This document shows, in pieces, positions 12,891 through 26,526 of a stretch of 64,000 nucleotides of DNA. The stretch is taken from contig NC_043020.1 of assembly GCF_006345805.1 (NCBI RefSeq), positions 25,730,001-25,794,000 of the forward strand. The letters are read 5' to 3'. Source of the stretch: Octopus sinensis. Its lineage: Eukaryota. Position numbers and translations under genes: made by a program. The first letter of the stretch is position 1, and each line of letters begins with the position of its first letter. The notes below the pieces were generated by a model. The model saw nothing but the letters and a program-made list of their open reading frames with translations, did no database searches and was not told the origin of the DNA.

Positions 12891-13579
12891 CTGTGCGTGT
12901 ACATATTCATATATATACATATATCTGTATGTATATATATATTTGATGACTTATCCACCTGGCCACACACACAAACACACACACACGCACATATATTTAT
13001 AATTAGATTTCTCTATATATGTATAAATGTATATATATATATATATATGTATATATAGATGTATATATATATATGTGCATATAAATATGTATGTAAATAT
13101 ATGTATATATATATATATCTATAATCATATATATATATATATATATATATGTGTTATGATATATACATACATGTATATACATATATATATACATATATAT
13201 ATATATGTAATGATATATACATAAATGTATATACATATATATATATATATGTAATGATATATCAATATATATATATATATATATATTGATATTATGTATA
13301 TATATATATAATCACATACAAACACTTACACAGGTCCAGAGAACGCGTATATATCTTTCCTATCACCAACAAGTTATTATTTCCGACCACATTAATAGAA
13401 AATTCTTTCAATCACCAGGGTAGGTTTCCTCTTCCCTTCCCCCACCCTCTTCTCCCTTCCCCTTCCCATAAACTTTCTTTCTTTGTTTCTTTCTTTCATT
13501 TTTATATAACTGATATTCGATACGTTTATTTGTCAAACATACATACCCGCCCCCCGCTCCTTCCTCAATATCAGATATA

Positions 13580-13875
13580 TCAACATCATCATCGTCGTCG
13601 TCGTCATCACCACCACCAATATCGTCACCGTCATCGTTCTTATTATTGTACAATCATTATGACCACCACCGCCACCATCGCGAATCTCGCCATCATCCAT
13701 GACATCCTCGCCACCACCATCCCTGTAACCATCCTCACCACCACATTCATCGTCGTCGTCGTCGTCATCATCTTCATTCTTATCGTCATCATAATCCTCA
13801 TCGTCATCCTCAACTTCCTCTTCTCCATTCTCATCATAATCATCATCATCGTCATCGTCATCATCATCATCATCA

Positions 13876-13907
<32 letters not shown>

Positions 13908-14420
13908 TATCATCATCATTATCATCATCATCATATCATCATCATCATCCTTATCATCACCATCATCAACATCATCATCATCATCATTATCATCATCATC
14001 ATCTCATCATCATCATCATCATCATCATCACCATCACCATCATCATCATCATCATCCTTATCATCACCATCATCAACATCATCATCATCATCATCATCAT
14101 CCTTATCATCACCATCATCAACATCATCATCATCATCATCATCATCATCACAATCATCATCATCATCATCATTTTCATCATCATCATCATTTTCATCAAC
14201 ATTGCCACACCCATCTCCCGTTGAAACTCTCTCACCTTTAACTACCACAATTCGCCTAACTATCTCGCTTCCTTCCTCATACCTACCTAAACCACCCTCC
14301 CACCCACCCACCCACCCACACACCTACCTAAACCACCCTCCTACCCACCAACCCACCCACACACCTACCTAAACCACCCTCCCACCCACCCACCCACCCA
14401 CCCACCCACACACCTAACGC
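13580..14420. repeat. (CAT/CGT)n tract followed by (CCCA)n/acacctacctaaaccaccctc repeats
   Basis: Direct inspection; ~63-bp higher-order duplication at 14030-14150. Confidence 0.9.
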
Positions 14421-14939
14421 CAACCCATTCTATCAATGATGAATGGGTTTATAATATATCTTATCAATATTTCAAAGCGAGAAATTCTCCAGAAAACCAT
14501 TTTCATTTCATAAATCAATGCCTCAATATACTACCTCCTCCTACAAATCCTCCTCCCCTAACACCACCACCACCACCACCACCATTAACGCCACCTCGTC
14601 CTCACACTCCAAGTCTTAGTCGAAGAAATGACCAAAATTTATATGAAGATGTTCTCCACAAAGGAAGTCTTGTTCTCTTAATCTTCCTGTTTCTCTTTTG
14701 TTTCACTGTCTCCTCCCCCCCCCCGTTTATTTTATTGTCTCACATTTTTTTGCATCTTCTTTCTATATTTTCCATCTTCAACACTCTCAGTCTTATTCTC
14801 TCTCTCTCTCTCTCTCTCACGTTCCCCATCTTTCTCTCTCTCCCTCTCTCCTAGATTTTGGTATTTATTCACACACACATATTTACTTAAAAACATATAT
14901 GCAAATTATACAGATTCATACAAACACACACACACACAC

Positions 14940-14982
<43 letters not shown>

Positions 14983-15125
14983 GTGTGTGTATATATGCGT
15001 GCGTGTGTGCTTGTAAATATATGTGTTGTGTGTGTATGTACGTATAAATATTATATAATGTCTATGCATATAAATATACATATGCATTCATATATGCATG
15101 CACATATATATATGTTTATATATGC

Positions 15126-15156
<31 letters not shown>

Positions 15157-15162
15157 TATCTT

Positions 15163-15193
<31 letters not shown>

Positions 15194-15323
15194 GTATATA
15201 TATTCATATATATATATATATATGTATTTAAAGGCATATACATATTCCCATGTATATAAATATGTATGAATATACATATGTATTCATATATGATTACATA
15301 TGCATATATATGTGTGTATATGC

Positions 15324-15356
<33 letters not shown>

Positions 15357-15769
15357 TATGAGTGTATGCACGAGCCTATGTATGTACTTGTTTAAAGTCG
15401 TGTCCACCATTGTATAGGAAGAGATCAGCTACATATATATATATATATATTATATATATATATATATATATATGTTTATATATATATATATGTATATATA
15501 TATGTATATATATATATACATATACTTATTTATATATGTCTATAAGAATACATATATCATTTGTTTTCAAGCTCTCCCCCTTGATAAATGGGGCTCCTGA
15601 ATATAACAGAAATAATACAAAAACAAGAACAACAACAACAACAACCAGAAACAGATATAAATCTCAATAACCCGACCGTACCCACTTAAAAAAATAAGCA
15701 AATAAATAAAAAGAAGAAAAATTCTAAAAACCAAAAATAAAAATCCAAAACCTTAATGTAGTAGTAGTA

Positions 15770-15829
15770 GTAAATATAATAATAATAATAATAATAATAA
15801 TGATGATGATGATGACGATGATGATGATG

Positions 15830-15892
<63 letters not shown>

Positions 15893-16333
15893 GACAATAA
15901 TAATAATAATAATAATAATAATGATAATAATAATAATCATAATAATAATAATAATAATAACAACAACAACAATGGTATTATTGGAAAATGGAATCTGGAA
16001 CTTTGCCCAGAAGGTGACATAGGAGATTAGTAAAATAACTTTTGATTGTCTAATGAGTACCTACGTGCCAACCAGAATCGACAGTATACATAATTTCACG
16101 CCATTTTGTTTTTCTTTTATCTTTTTATATATTTTATTTCTTCTCTAAATATCGCTTCCATTTTTCGCTTCTTAATGAGGTGACAGGACTTAAATAGCAT
16201 TCTACAGGGTCAGTAGCGAACACGATAATGGTCAAGACAGAATAAGCAGAGAGCAGTCTATTTTTTGCCTAACCACAAATCTTTCATATATTATTATCCC
16301 TTTTATTTTTAGTAGTAATGGTACCAAGAGTAC

Positions 16334-16393
<60 letters not shown>

Positions 16394-16639
16394 GTTTATT
16401 ATTATTATTATCATTATTATCATTATTATCATTATTATTATTATATTATTATTATTTTTATTATTATTGATAATAATAATAATAATATTATGGTTATTAT
16501 TATTATTATTATTATTATTATCATCATCATCATCATCATCATTATTATCATCATCATCATCATCTTCATCATCATCATCATCATCATCATCACTGCCATC
16601 GTTATTATTATTTTTATTGTTATTATTATTATTGTTCTA

Positions 16640-16672
<33 letters not shown>

Positions 16673-16704
16673 GTTATTGTTACTGTTGTTATTATTATTG
16701 TTGC

Positions 16705-16764
<60 letters not shown>

Positions 16765-16813
16765 CATCATCATCATTATTATCATCATCATCATCATCAT
16801 CATCACTGCCATC

Positions 16814-16862
<49 letters not shown>

Positions 16863-16900
16863 ATTATATTATTGTCGTTGTTGTTGTTGTTATTTTTCCT
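15770..16900. repeat. (AAT)n block 15770-15970 and (ATT/CAT)n block 16330-16900
   Basis: Direct inspection; catcatcactgccatcgttattatt duplicated at ~16585 and ~16798. Confidence 0.92.
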
Positions 16901-17239
16901 ATACGCCTTGCATTGTTGTTATTGTTCCTAAAAACTGACGTCGAGGTCAGCCATCATTGTGATCGATCTATGATCAAAAGCCTGATAGCTGCGACCGTCC
17001 TGTAATTAATTTAGACATAGTTTATCTTGGACTATATTATTTAGTGTGCCTGTTTAAAGCTTTATAACTTCCTCTTTCTACGTCCACATTTCATATCTCC
17101 CTGAGGTTTATTTTGCGTTTCATCTTTTCGCGGTCGAAGCAATGAAGTCCCGGTCTATATATATAGGTAGGGTGCTGTCTGTGTCTATAAACACATACGT
17201 ATTATATATCATGCATTGTGTCTCCAACCAATGCTGTAT

Positions 17240-17760
17240 TCAGAGAGAGAGAGAGAGAGTGGGGGGGATAAAGAGGGGAGTCAGGTGGATAGAGTGAGGG
17301 AGCGAAGAGGAAAGAGATGGAGAAAGGGAGAAGGTAGAGAGGAGATGGAGAGAGGAAGGGAAAGAAGGGGTAGGGGGAGGGAGGGGAGGGAAGGAGGGGA
17401 GATGGAGGGGGGAGATATGGAGAGAGGGAGAAGGTGGAGAGAAATGGAAAAGGTAGAGAGAGGGGGAGAAGGTAGAAAGAGAGAGAATTGGAGAGGAGGG
17501 AGGGGAGAGAGGGGGAGAGGGAGATAGAGAGTGGAAGAGAGGGAGGAAGAGGAGGGGGAGGAGAGAAGGAGAGAGGGATCGGGAGAGAGAGATAGAAATG
17601 GTGAGAGAGGGAGGGAGAAATGGTCAGAGCAGGAGAGAGAGAGGGGAGAGGGAGACGGAGAAAGGGAGAGAGGGAGAGAGAGGGAGAGAAACAGGAGAGA
17701 GAGACAGAGATAGAAAGAGCGGAAGAAGAAAAGGAGAAGGAAAGAGACGGAGAAAGAGAA
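17240..17760. repeat. GA-rich polypurine tract
   Basis: About 520 bp almost entirely G/A on the + strand. Confidence 0.92.
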
Positions 17761-17978
17761 AGTATTGTTGTGTAATCACCAAAGAACAGCAATTTGGAGC
17801 TCAATTAATAAGATGTTATTATATCGGAATCCATCTGCATCGATACACATAATCAACTCAATCGATTTTCAAGAGTAACATAATTTGCATAAAAATTGAA
17901 ATTTATATATTTCACGTACATTTCATAATTTATTCGTCTCCAACAGTTGTTTCGTTGGAGCAAATAGCACCGAACGTA

Positions 17979-18073
17979 TGGGTTGTTCGGAAAGTTCGTG
18001 CCGATTTATAGTAGCTTACCCTTCGACTTATTTTAGAACATGGTTGAGTCCATAAAATACGATTTGACTGCAC
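17979..18073 (+). mobile_element. Tc1/mariner terminal fragment
   Basis: TA|tgggttgttcggaaagttcgtgccgattt resembles mariner TIRs (TA target, ggttg...gaaagtt); truncated by the Helitron copy that follows. Confidence 0.55.
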
Positions 18074-18368
18074 CTCCGATTGCGCTCAAATTTGATATGT
18101 AGATACTGACGGTATAAGGGCGTGTATATGTCTTGAAAAAATTACAAAAATCGATTCCAGGTGAGAATGCGATCGATAAATCATTCTTTGGAATAGAAAA
18201 AAGTGTATCGTTATTTCTTCTTTTGCTAGTATCTCAAATTTAGGTTGAATCAGTGTTTCTCAAAAGGGAGGTCTATGGGACGATCGGACAAGTTGTTTTG
18301 AGAAAATTTGGTTTAAATGTTTGACAACATAGCACCATCCGTTGGACGAGGGGGTGGCTTTTTGCTGG
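18074..18368 (+). mobile_element. Non-autonomous Helitron, 3' portion
   Basis: Homologous to 34730-34868; ends with hairpin catcc-gtt-ggacg then CTGG|T (CTRR-T). Confidence 0.7.
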
Positions 18369-18374
18369 TATGTA

Positions 18375-18495
18375 TATAAGGTCGACTCGAAACTATTGTA
18401 TAAGACACTTGCCTAAGTTGCCACGTAGTGAGACTAAAGCCGGATCCATGTGGTTGGAAAACAGGCTTCTTACCACGCAGCCACACCTGCGCCTA
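18375..18495 (-). mobile_element. Family A SINE head fragment
   Basis: Reverse complement: taggcgcaggtgtggctgcgtggtaagaag...catggatccggc...ctacgtggcaacttaggcaagtgtc. Confidence 0.8.
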
Positions 18496-18591
18496 TATCT
18501 AGAGCTTTGTATAAATCTACCAATGCTACCCGATGAATCTCAGCCAACATGCAAATATTTCCCCTGATCATTCCTTTATAGCTTTTAAGTA

Positions 18592-19090
18592 CTACTTACT
18601 TACTTACTTGTGGTAACATTCACCCTGGGTGGGTTGAGCCGGCTTCTTCTACCACCCTCGGGGCATCTCGAACCATGGCAGCCTACGCACGACGGTCCTG
18701 CGCCAGTTCACTGGAGATAGCGAGCCAGTCACGGTTCCAACGGCGCAGGCCGATGTTGCCATTGTATTCGCCATTGAGAATTCATGTGAGAAGTTTCGTG
18801 GGAATATGTGGATTTTACAAACGGTCCCCAACAATCCCGCATGTAGAGACATCCTGTTTGCCGCAGTTTGTCCGCAGACGCAAGGACAGAACGACCGAGG
18901 AGCCGCCGGTTGCCGACACAGACTCTCCGAGGATTTTCACCAGAGCCCCGTCTGCCGGGTTGTGGCCCTAACACCACTCGGTGTCAGACCAATCCGCCTT
19001 GGGTGGCCCTACGAGGAACCGAAGTTCCCAACGGCATAGCTCTGACACTATCCGTTGCCAGCGTCCCCACCACGGTGAGGAGGGGATCGA
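18592..19090 (-). mobile_element. Internally deleted (non-autonomous) RTE-clade LINE derivative with 10-bp TSD
   Basis: cttttaagta duplicated at 18582-18591 and 19091-19100. Minus strand begins with RTE-like 5' UTR (ccgtggtgggg...gagctatgccgttggga...gtagggccacccaaggc) and ends with RTE ORF C-terminus GLRRWNRDWLAISSELAQDRRA*AAMVRDAPRVVEEAGSTHPG* plus a (GTAA)n tail. Confidence 0.82.
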
Positions 19091-20741
19091 CTTTTAAGTA
19101 ACCAAGCTGGATTATTTACAACTAAGACTATTTACACTTATGTCATATAAGTTTCATATAACGTATAACATTAACTTTTGATCTCCCAAAGTTATCTCCA
19201 TCTCGATAGGATGTGTTATAATTGCGAAGTGACAATTAAGACAAGCTCCACTTGAGAAGGGGAACATTATTTTGTAAATATGAGACATCCTCTAGAGGCA
19301 AAAATAATTATAATAAAGCAAAATGTGTATGTTGTATGCTATTTGATATACTTGTATGCCACTCGCTTCTCTGAGTTATTTAGCCTTTGCTCACTTTTAC
19401 TTAAATTATTTACAACTTATCTCTGTGTGTTTCTAGAAGCCTTTCTATCATCCAGCTTTTCTGTTGACTCCCTATAGAGATATATCGCTACAAAAAGATT
19501 CCTTTCACAATAAACATGCATTTTACAAATATTGCTATACTTATTCTGGCTTATGTCAATCTAATAATAATACCATCAGTTTTTACCAATCACTCGTATA
19601 TTTTGCAGCGGACTTAATCTAAGCATATATCGATCATTTAGCAAGCTATGCAGTATAAATTGATGAGACTATGCTATGCCCTCATAAAAACAGAAAATTT
19701 ATTCCGAACAAAACCTATAAGATAAGAAACCATAGTATTGTATACAGCGTATTCGTTGACAGACAAGTAAAAGCGTTAGGTTTGCCCCCTCCGAAAGCAG
19801 TTACACAGCTGTCAGGAATATAACATTTAATGTCACCAAGAAAGAAAACATTTATGGACAATTGATGTGGGATGTGGATTTTATAGCTTTCTTCACTCCT
19901 CAAACTCTCTCTCACCCTTTCTCACTCTCTATTTCTCCTCTTCCTCTACGCCTCACGCACGCAAGCATACACTTTCCCTATTCACCCCCCACTCTCTTCA
20001 GGTCGTGGCACCATGTTCTGTGAATAGTTATTCCCATACTTTCATCGGTAATGAAATTCTGTATTTTACGGGTTTTGTTTTGTCCGTGATTTCAGGTTCA
20101 AACTTTGAAAACGATTTATCTGTCGTAGTTGAAATTTCTTATGGCTTACGTACGGGTTAAACTGCTTTATAAATTCAATCTGTCTTTCTCACTTATCTTG
20201 CTGCAAACTTTTAAAACCAACTGAGATTTCTTTTATTGGAAATCACACAAAATATGGCTACGGTGGAAGACCGGAGACAGTTATAGTTTTGTAAAACGGA
20301 TAGGAAAACTTTTCGAAACAAACGGCATACAAGATGTACAGTCAGTGTGATTCCGGAAAGAAAAGTTCGATTGTGTATTTATATCAGGAATTGGTTGAAG
20401 GAAGGGATGATTGAAATATATTGTAAGATTTCTTAAACGGGTGAAAACCTTACGAAACACATTTCATTGTACCTAAGTGAAATAAATTCAACTATGTGTT
20501 AAAGGGACATAACTGTGAACTGAATATAGTGGTTTATGCGTATCTCTTTAACCGAATTCGATAAAAAGTGCAAACCTTTGAGCAGCAAAACTATTAACGC
20601 GTAGGATGGGAAACCTTACTCTGCAATCAGAGTTCAAATCCCACTGTAGGCTACTTGGTAAACTGATTCATTCACCTTGTTTGACACCACCACCAACACT
20701 ATTTTTATTAATGTAGATTTATACAAGCACCCAAGCACACA

Positions 20742-20805
<64 letters not shown>

Positions 20806-20846
20806 CACTCACACTCATGCCCACACACTCACACATATATGATATA

Positions 20847-21660
20847 TTATGTGGAGTCAAAATTTTCGCAATACTTTAGCAACGTTTTCGACAAGTTCAA
20901 AAAGAGGCCATCGTGTTGCAAAATCACGTTTCTCCCAGTTTTCTGATCTCACACTGATACCAGATCTTGTACTTTGAGGCGAAGAACTCATTCACTGAAG
21001 GTTCCATTTCTTCATGACTGATGAAGCATCGCGAGTGCAGAAAATGAGCCGTACATCGGAACAAGTAAGATTCTGAGTGAGCTAGGTATGAACTATAGGC
21101 CGGATGTGACATCAGTTCAATTCCCTCGTGTTTCTTATTTCTTATTTCTTTTACTGCACACAAGGGGCTAAACACAGAGGGGACAAACAAGGACAGACAA
21201 ACGGATTCAGTCGATTATATCGACCCCAATTCGTAACTGGTACTTAATTTATCGACCTCGAAAGGATGAAAGGCAAAGTCGACCTCGGTGGAATTTGAAC
21301 TCAGAACGTAGCAGCAGACGAAATACCTATTTCTTTACTACCCACAAGGGGCTAAACACAGAGGGGATAAACAAGGACAGACAGACGGATTAAGTCGATT
21401 ATATCGACCCCAGTGCGTAACTGGTACTTATTTAATCGACTCCGAAAGGATGAAAGGCAAAGTCGACCTCGGCGGAATTTGAACTCAGAACGTAACGTCA
21501 GACGAAATAACGCTTAGCATTTCTCTCGGCGTGCTAACGTTTCTGCCAGCTCACCGCCTTTCCCTCGCATTTCTGGAGTTTATTCCGTGTCGTTCGAGCG
21601 GTAAACTGTCTTACATTGTTTTGCTGCCGAAGAGTTCGCCCGAGGCTCTCCGCGCGCTGC
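20847..21660 (-). pseudogene. Mariner transposase C-terminal remnant plus right TIR, interrupted by a SINE
   Basis: Minus-strand QQNNVRQFTARTTRNKLQKCEG|IELMSHPAYSSYLAHSESYLFRCTAHFLHSRCFISHEEMEPSVNEFFASKYKIWYQCEIRKL matches mariner HDNARPH...HPPYSPDLAPSDY-LF...F...EFF-SK...Y..GI..L; TA|ttatgtggagtcaaaa terminus at 20845. Confidence 0.88.
21129..21559 (-). mobile_element. Family B SINE dimer (head + two bodies) with 8-bp TSD
   Basis: ttccctcg at 21121-21128 and 21560-21567; (AAGAAAT)n tail; internal junction at 21327/21328. Confidence 0.92.
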
Positions 21661-22284
21661 AAGCTAGATTTGTTTCTGTTGCTTACTACATAGTCATTTG
21701 AGAATGTAGTGTGGCAAAAATATAACAGGTTGGTCGCGATTGGAAGGTCTACTAAACATAGGTCTATTCAGACAGGGACGGAATGGAGCGAAAATACATC
21801 TATTAAGACCAACACAGTCTTCACAAATGGAGGATGGATGAAGCGAGGGAATAACGTAACGATGACGTAAACTTTTACGATTAGACACGTGACATGTCTT
21901 TTGACAAATCATCATACAAATATTTACAGCAACAAACACACATACACACCAATATATGTATATATGCGTGCGTATATGTGTGCGCGTATCTTGTGTGCGT
22001 GTGTGTGTATATATATATGTGTGTATTTGTGTATGCATTAATATATAAACCATATAAACGACCATTAATGATTCCCTTTCTTTCTTTCTTTCTTCCCTTC
22101 TTTCTTTGTGTCTTTCAGTCTTTCTCTCCGCCTTTCTCCATCTCCCTCTCTGTCTCTCTCTGTACACACATATATATATTTATTATATATATATATATAT
22201 ACAGAGAGAGACATATATACGCACGTAGTATGTATGAATGTATGAATGTACGTATATGTTATGTATATATATATGCATATATAT

Positions 22285-22316
<32 letters not shown>

Positions 22317-22608
22317 ATATATAGGGAGAGAGGGAGAGAGAGAGAGAGAGAGAGATAGATAGATAGATAGATAGATGTATAGATAGATAGAAAGAGAGAG
22401 AGAGAGAGAGAGGGAGAGAGACAAAGAGACAGAGACGGAGAGACAGAGAAAACTAGTGAGATAAAAATATAGCTACACACTTACACACATACACTTACAC
22501 ATACACACTTTTACAAACATGTACACATATCTTCACTTCACCCCTCTCATGTTTTGTGCGTGTGTATATACGCACAAAACACCATATACATACATATACA
22601 TACATATA

Positions 22609-22648
<40 letters not shown>

Positions 22649-22683
22649 TATATGTTTGTGTGTATATACGCACAAACACACAT

Positions 22684-22715
<32 letters not shown>

Positions 22716-22882
22716 GTTTGTGTGTATATACGCACAAACACACATATGCATACATATATATATATATACATGCATAAACATACGTACACACACACACACA
22801 CGCATATATATACATTCATACATATAAATGTAAATATATATATATATATATACACAATATATATTTATATATAAGAATAATG

Positions 22883-22915
<33 letters not shown>

Positions 22916-23027
22916 TTATATGTATGTATGCATATATGTATATAATATGTATACATAATACCTATATATATACATACATATATATATATAATATATATAC
23001 ATACATAATATATATATATACATATAA

Positions 23028-23072
<45 letters not shown>

Positions 23073-23394
23073 TATATGCACATACATATATATACATACA
23101 TCTATCTTTCTTTTTCTTCCCCTCGAATCCTACGCTCCGTCACCCCGCCCGTTTTTCCTGTTTCCTTCTCTGTAACATTTCAGCAATCCATATCACTTCA
23201 GTTTAATCAATGTCAAATTACACGTCTCCAAATTGAATACTTCTTCGTGTTCTGCCCTCAAGGACATCAACATAAATCGTGGAACCCGACCTACAAATTA
23301 AAATGCCACTAGAACCCATCATAGCGAACTCCAAGACAAAGCACCGCCGCACCGCTCGCTAACACTTGCAATTATTATCCACAACAACGGGATT

Positions 23395-23702
23395 AGTAAT
23401 AATAGTAGTAATAATAATAGTAATAATAACAATAATAATAATAAGAAGAAGAAGGGGAAGACGAAGAAAAAGAACACCAACAACGACAGCAATATTAGTA
23501 GTATAGTAGTAGTAGTAGTAATGGTGGTGGTAGCAGTAGTAGTAGTGTATAGTAGTAGTATAGTAGTGGTAGTAGTAGTAGTAGTAGTATAGTAGTGGTA
23601 GTAGTAGTAGTATAGTAGTAGTGGTGGTGGTGGTAGCAGTAGTAGTATAGTAGTAGTGTAGTAGTAGTAGTAGTGGTGGTGGTGGTGGTAGCAGCAGTAG
23701 TA

Positions 23703-23735
<33 letters not shown>
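23395..23735. repeat. (AGT/AAT/GGT)n microsatellite
   Basis: Direct inspection. Confidence 0.92.
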
Positions 23736-23737
<2 letters not shown>

Positions 23738-23759
23738 ATAATGGTTTCAAATTCTGCCG

Positions 23760-23940
23760 CAATCTTCGCATATATATACGACGGGTTTCTTTCAGTTTCT
23801 GTCTACCAAATCCACTCACAAGGCTTTGGTCAGCACAGGATATAGTAGAAAACACTTGCTCTAGGTGCCATGCAGTGAGACTGAATCCAGAACCTTGTGG
23901 TTGGTAAGCAAGCTACTTACCACACAGCTGCTCCTGCGCT
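23760..23940 (-). mobile_element. Family A SINE head half
   Basis: acgggtttctttcagtttctgtctaccaaatccactcacaaggctttggtc...ccacacagctgctcctgcgc is the reverse complement of the family A head. Confidence 0.88.
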
Positions 23941-23949
23941 CTGCTGGTA

Positions 23950-24520
23950 TTTATTTTATCGACGACGAAAGATTGAATGGCAAAGTCGACCCCAGTAGAA
24001 TTTTGAACTCGGAACATACAGATGGATGAAATGCTGCTAATTATGTTGGGCAGCGTGTTAACGATTCTGCCATGGTGCTGCCCTGAAACAGATATTGTAA
24101 TAATTTGCAAATATTGCACAATCGCGTTTATAGTGGTTTGTAATACTTGACACAAGCTCGCCAATTTTAGAAGAAGGGTAACCTAAAACTTCGACACCAG
24201 TACACAACTGGTACATATTTCATCGACCCCGAAAGGATGAAAGGCAAAGACGCTGACAAAATGCTGCAAAGCATTTTATCCGGAATAGAACAAATTTGTA
24301 ATATTGTTAATGCATTTCGAAGGCGGTGAGCTGGCAGAATCATTAGCGCACACCGGGGAAAATGCCCATCGGCATTTCGTATATCTTCACGTTTTGAGTT
24401 CAAAAGACGCTTGGACTGACTTTCACTCTTTCGGAATCGATAAAAAGTACCAGTTAAACACTGGGATCGATCTAGGCCATTTATTCTTAATCGAAATTGC
24501 TGTTCCAGAATTTGAAACCA
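23950..24520. mobile_element. Cluster of family B SINE fragments (23950-24085 -, 24195-24260 -, 24320-24520 +)
   Basis: ggcaaagtcgacc, aactggtac...atcgaccccgaaaggatgaaaggcaaag and aggcggtgagctggcagaatc motifs. Confidence 0.8.
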
Positions 24521-24547
24521 ATATTATCATTGTCCAATATAGTTATT

Positions 24548-24850
24548 GTGGAGGCACAATGGCCCAGGGGTTAGGGAAGCGGACTCGCGGTCGGAGGATC
24601 ATGGTTTCGATTCCCAGACCGGGCGTTGTGTGTGTTTATTGAGCGAAAACACCTAAAGCTCCACGATGATCCGGCAGGGGGTGGTGGCAAGCCCTGTTGT
24701 ACTCTTTCACCCCAACTTTCTCTCACAATATCTTCCTGTTTCTTGGGTAACGCTGCGATGACAGAAACCGGGAAACATACGGCACAGAAACCGGAAACCG
24801 GGCCCATGAGCCTGGCTAGGCTTAAAAAGGGTGCACAAATGCATAAAATA
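24548..24850 (+). mobile_element. Family C SINE head with a different 3' tail
   Basis: gtggaggcacaatggcccaggggttaggg...ggtttcgattcccagaccgggcg matches 1945-1780; after ~24740 continues ggtaacgctgcgatg...gggcccatgagcctggctaggc, unlike the other two copies. Confidence 0.85.
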
Positions 24851-25699
24851 TGGATATTAAGAATTCGGTCTAATACCATCAATCTATCTCAGAATGATGT
24901 TTATTATTTTAAAGATTGATACTAATAACTGCAAAAAAATAGAAAAAAACAACAAATCATATATTAAAAGTTTTATTATATATTCTTGTAAGATAAAATT
25001 CTGAAGAAAACGAAATTTGCAATATTTGTAAATTACAAAATATTTCTCAAGAATGTCGCAGACAATGGCAATAAGATTTCGCAATTATCTATCAACATAA
25101 AACATACTTTCTCGAGAAAGACGAACGCGAATCATAAGAGGTTCCATGTTTGGTCTATTAACACGAAAATTATGGCTATAATAACCAATATACTTAGCAT
25201 TTCAGTAACCTAGAATCCCTTTGATCATAGTTCACATCGATCAGAGATGAGTTTGTCAAGAAAGAAAAATAAAAGAAAACAACAAAAACAGTAACGAGAA
25301 AAATCGAAGAATTATGAACAAAAACATTACATTAATACAAAAAAATATATAAATATAAATAAAGAAACAGATGTTGGACATTACTCTTGTAAACAGCCGG
25401 CCGTGAATGGCGAACATTTCAATACATTTAGAACAATACGAAGTCAACGAATCAAAACCATCGAACCACGTTTGCCAAACACGAAATAAACTACTAAAAC
25501 TGCGAGTGTCCAAGTATTGAGGTATTGAAGATATATGATCGACAATATATCAGATATTCAGTGATGTTTATCAATAATAGTATGAACTATATATATATAT
25601 ATATAGACAGATGTACAGATATTAACTGCAACAATTCATTACAGAATATTTCAGCTACAAAAGATCTGTCACATTGATATTTTTTATTGGATGGTCAAA

Positions 25700-25741
<42 letters not shown>

Positions 25742-26104
25742 AAATTTATATGATAAAGATATGTATATTTGTTATAATATATATATATATATATATTATA
25801 TATATAGATATATATATATATATATATATACGTATGTATGTATAAATTATATTGATATACATGTATATTTATATATATATATATATATATGTATAAATCT
25901 ATATCGATGTACATATGTATATATATATATATATATAATATATATATATAGATATATATGTGGGGGGGTATACAAATATATGTAAGCAAATGTAGATGTA
26001 TGTATGGAATATAAGCATATTTATATGTATATGTAATGTACATAGTTTTATGAGAGAGACTGTATGAAAATTATCTGCATCTAAATTGTGTATCTATCTA
26101 TCAA

Positions 26105-26137
<33 letters not shown>

Positions 26138-26217
26138 ATAAAAAGTCTCTTGCTTTCTCGCTCTATGTATGAGTGTTTGTGTAAGAGTACTTGTGTGCAT
26201 ATTGTGTTTCTATATAT

Positions 26218-26254
<37 letters not shown>

Positions 26255-26455
26255 ACATATGTATTATGTATTTATATGTGTATATATATACTTTTGTGTC
26301 TGGGGAGAGTCATTCTCTTTTAGTGATTTATAATTTAACACACTCACCGGTAAAATTTCCACTTATTTGATTTTTTATTTTTTCTGAAATGTTCGTTGCG
26401 TCTTGCAACCTTTCAATAGTCGTGTATGTATATGTATGTATGTATATATATACAA

Positions 26456-26526
<71 letters not shown>

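Noticed and set aside
21017-21055. CTGATGA...GAAA on the + strand resembling a hammerhead
   Set aside because: Antisense of the mariner coding remnant; stems I and III cannot be formed.
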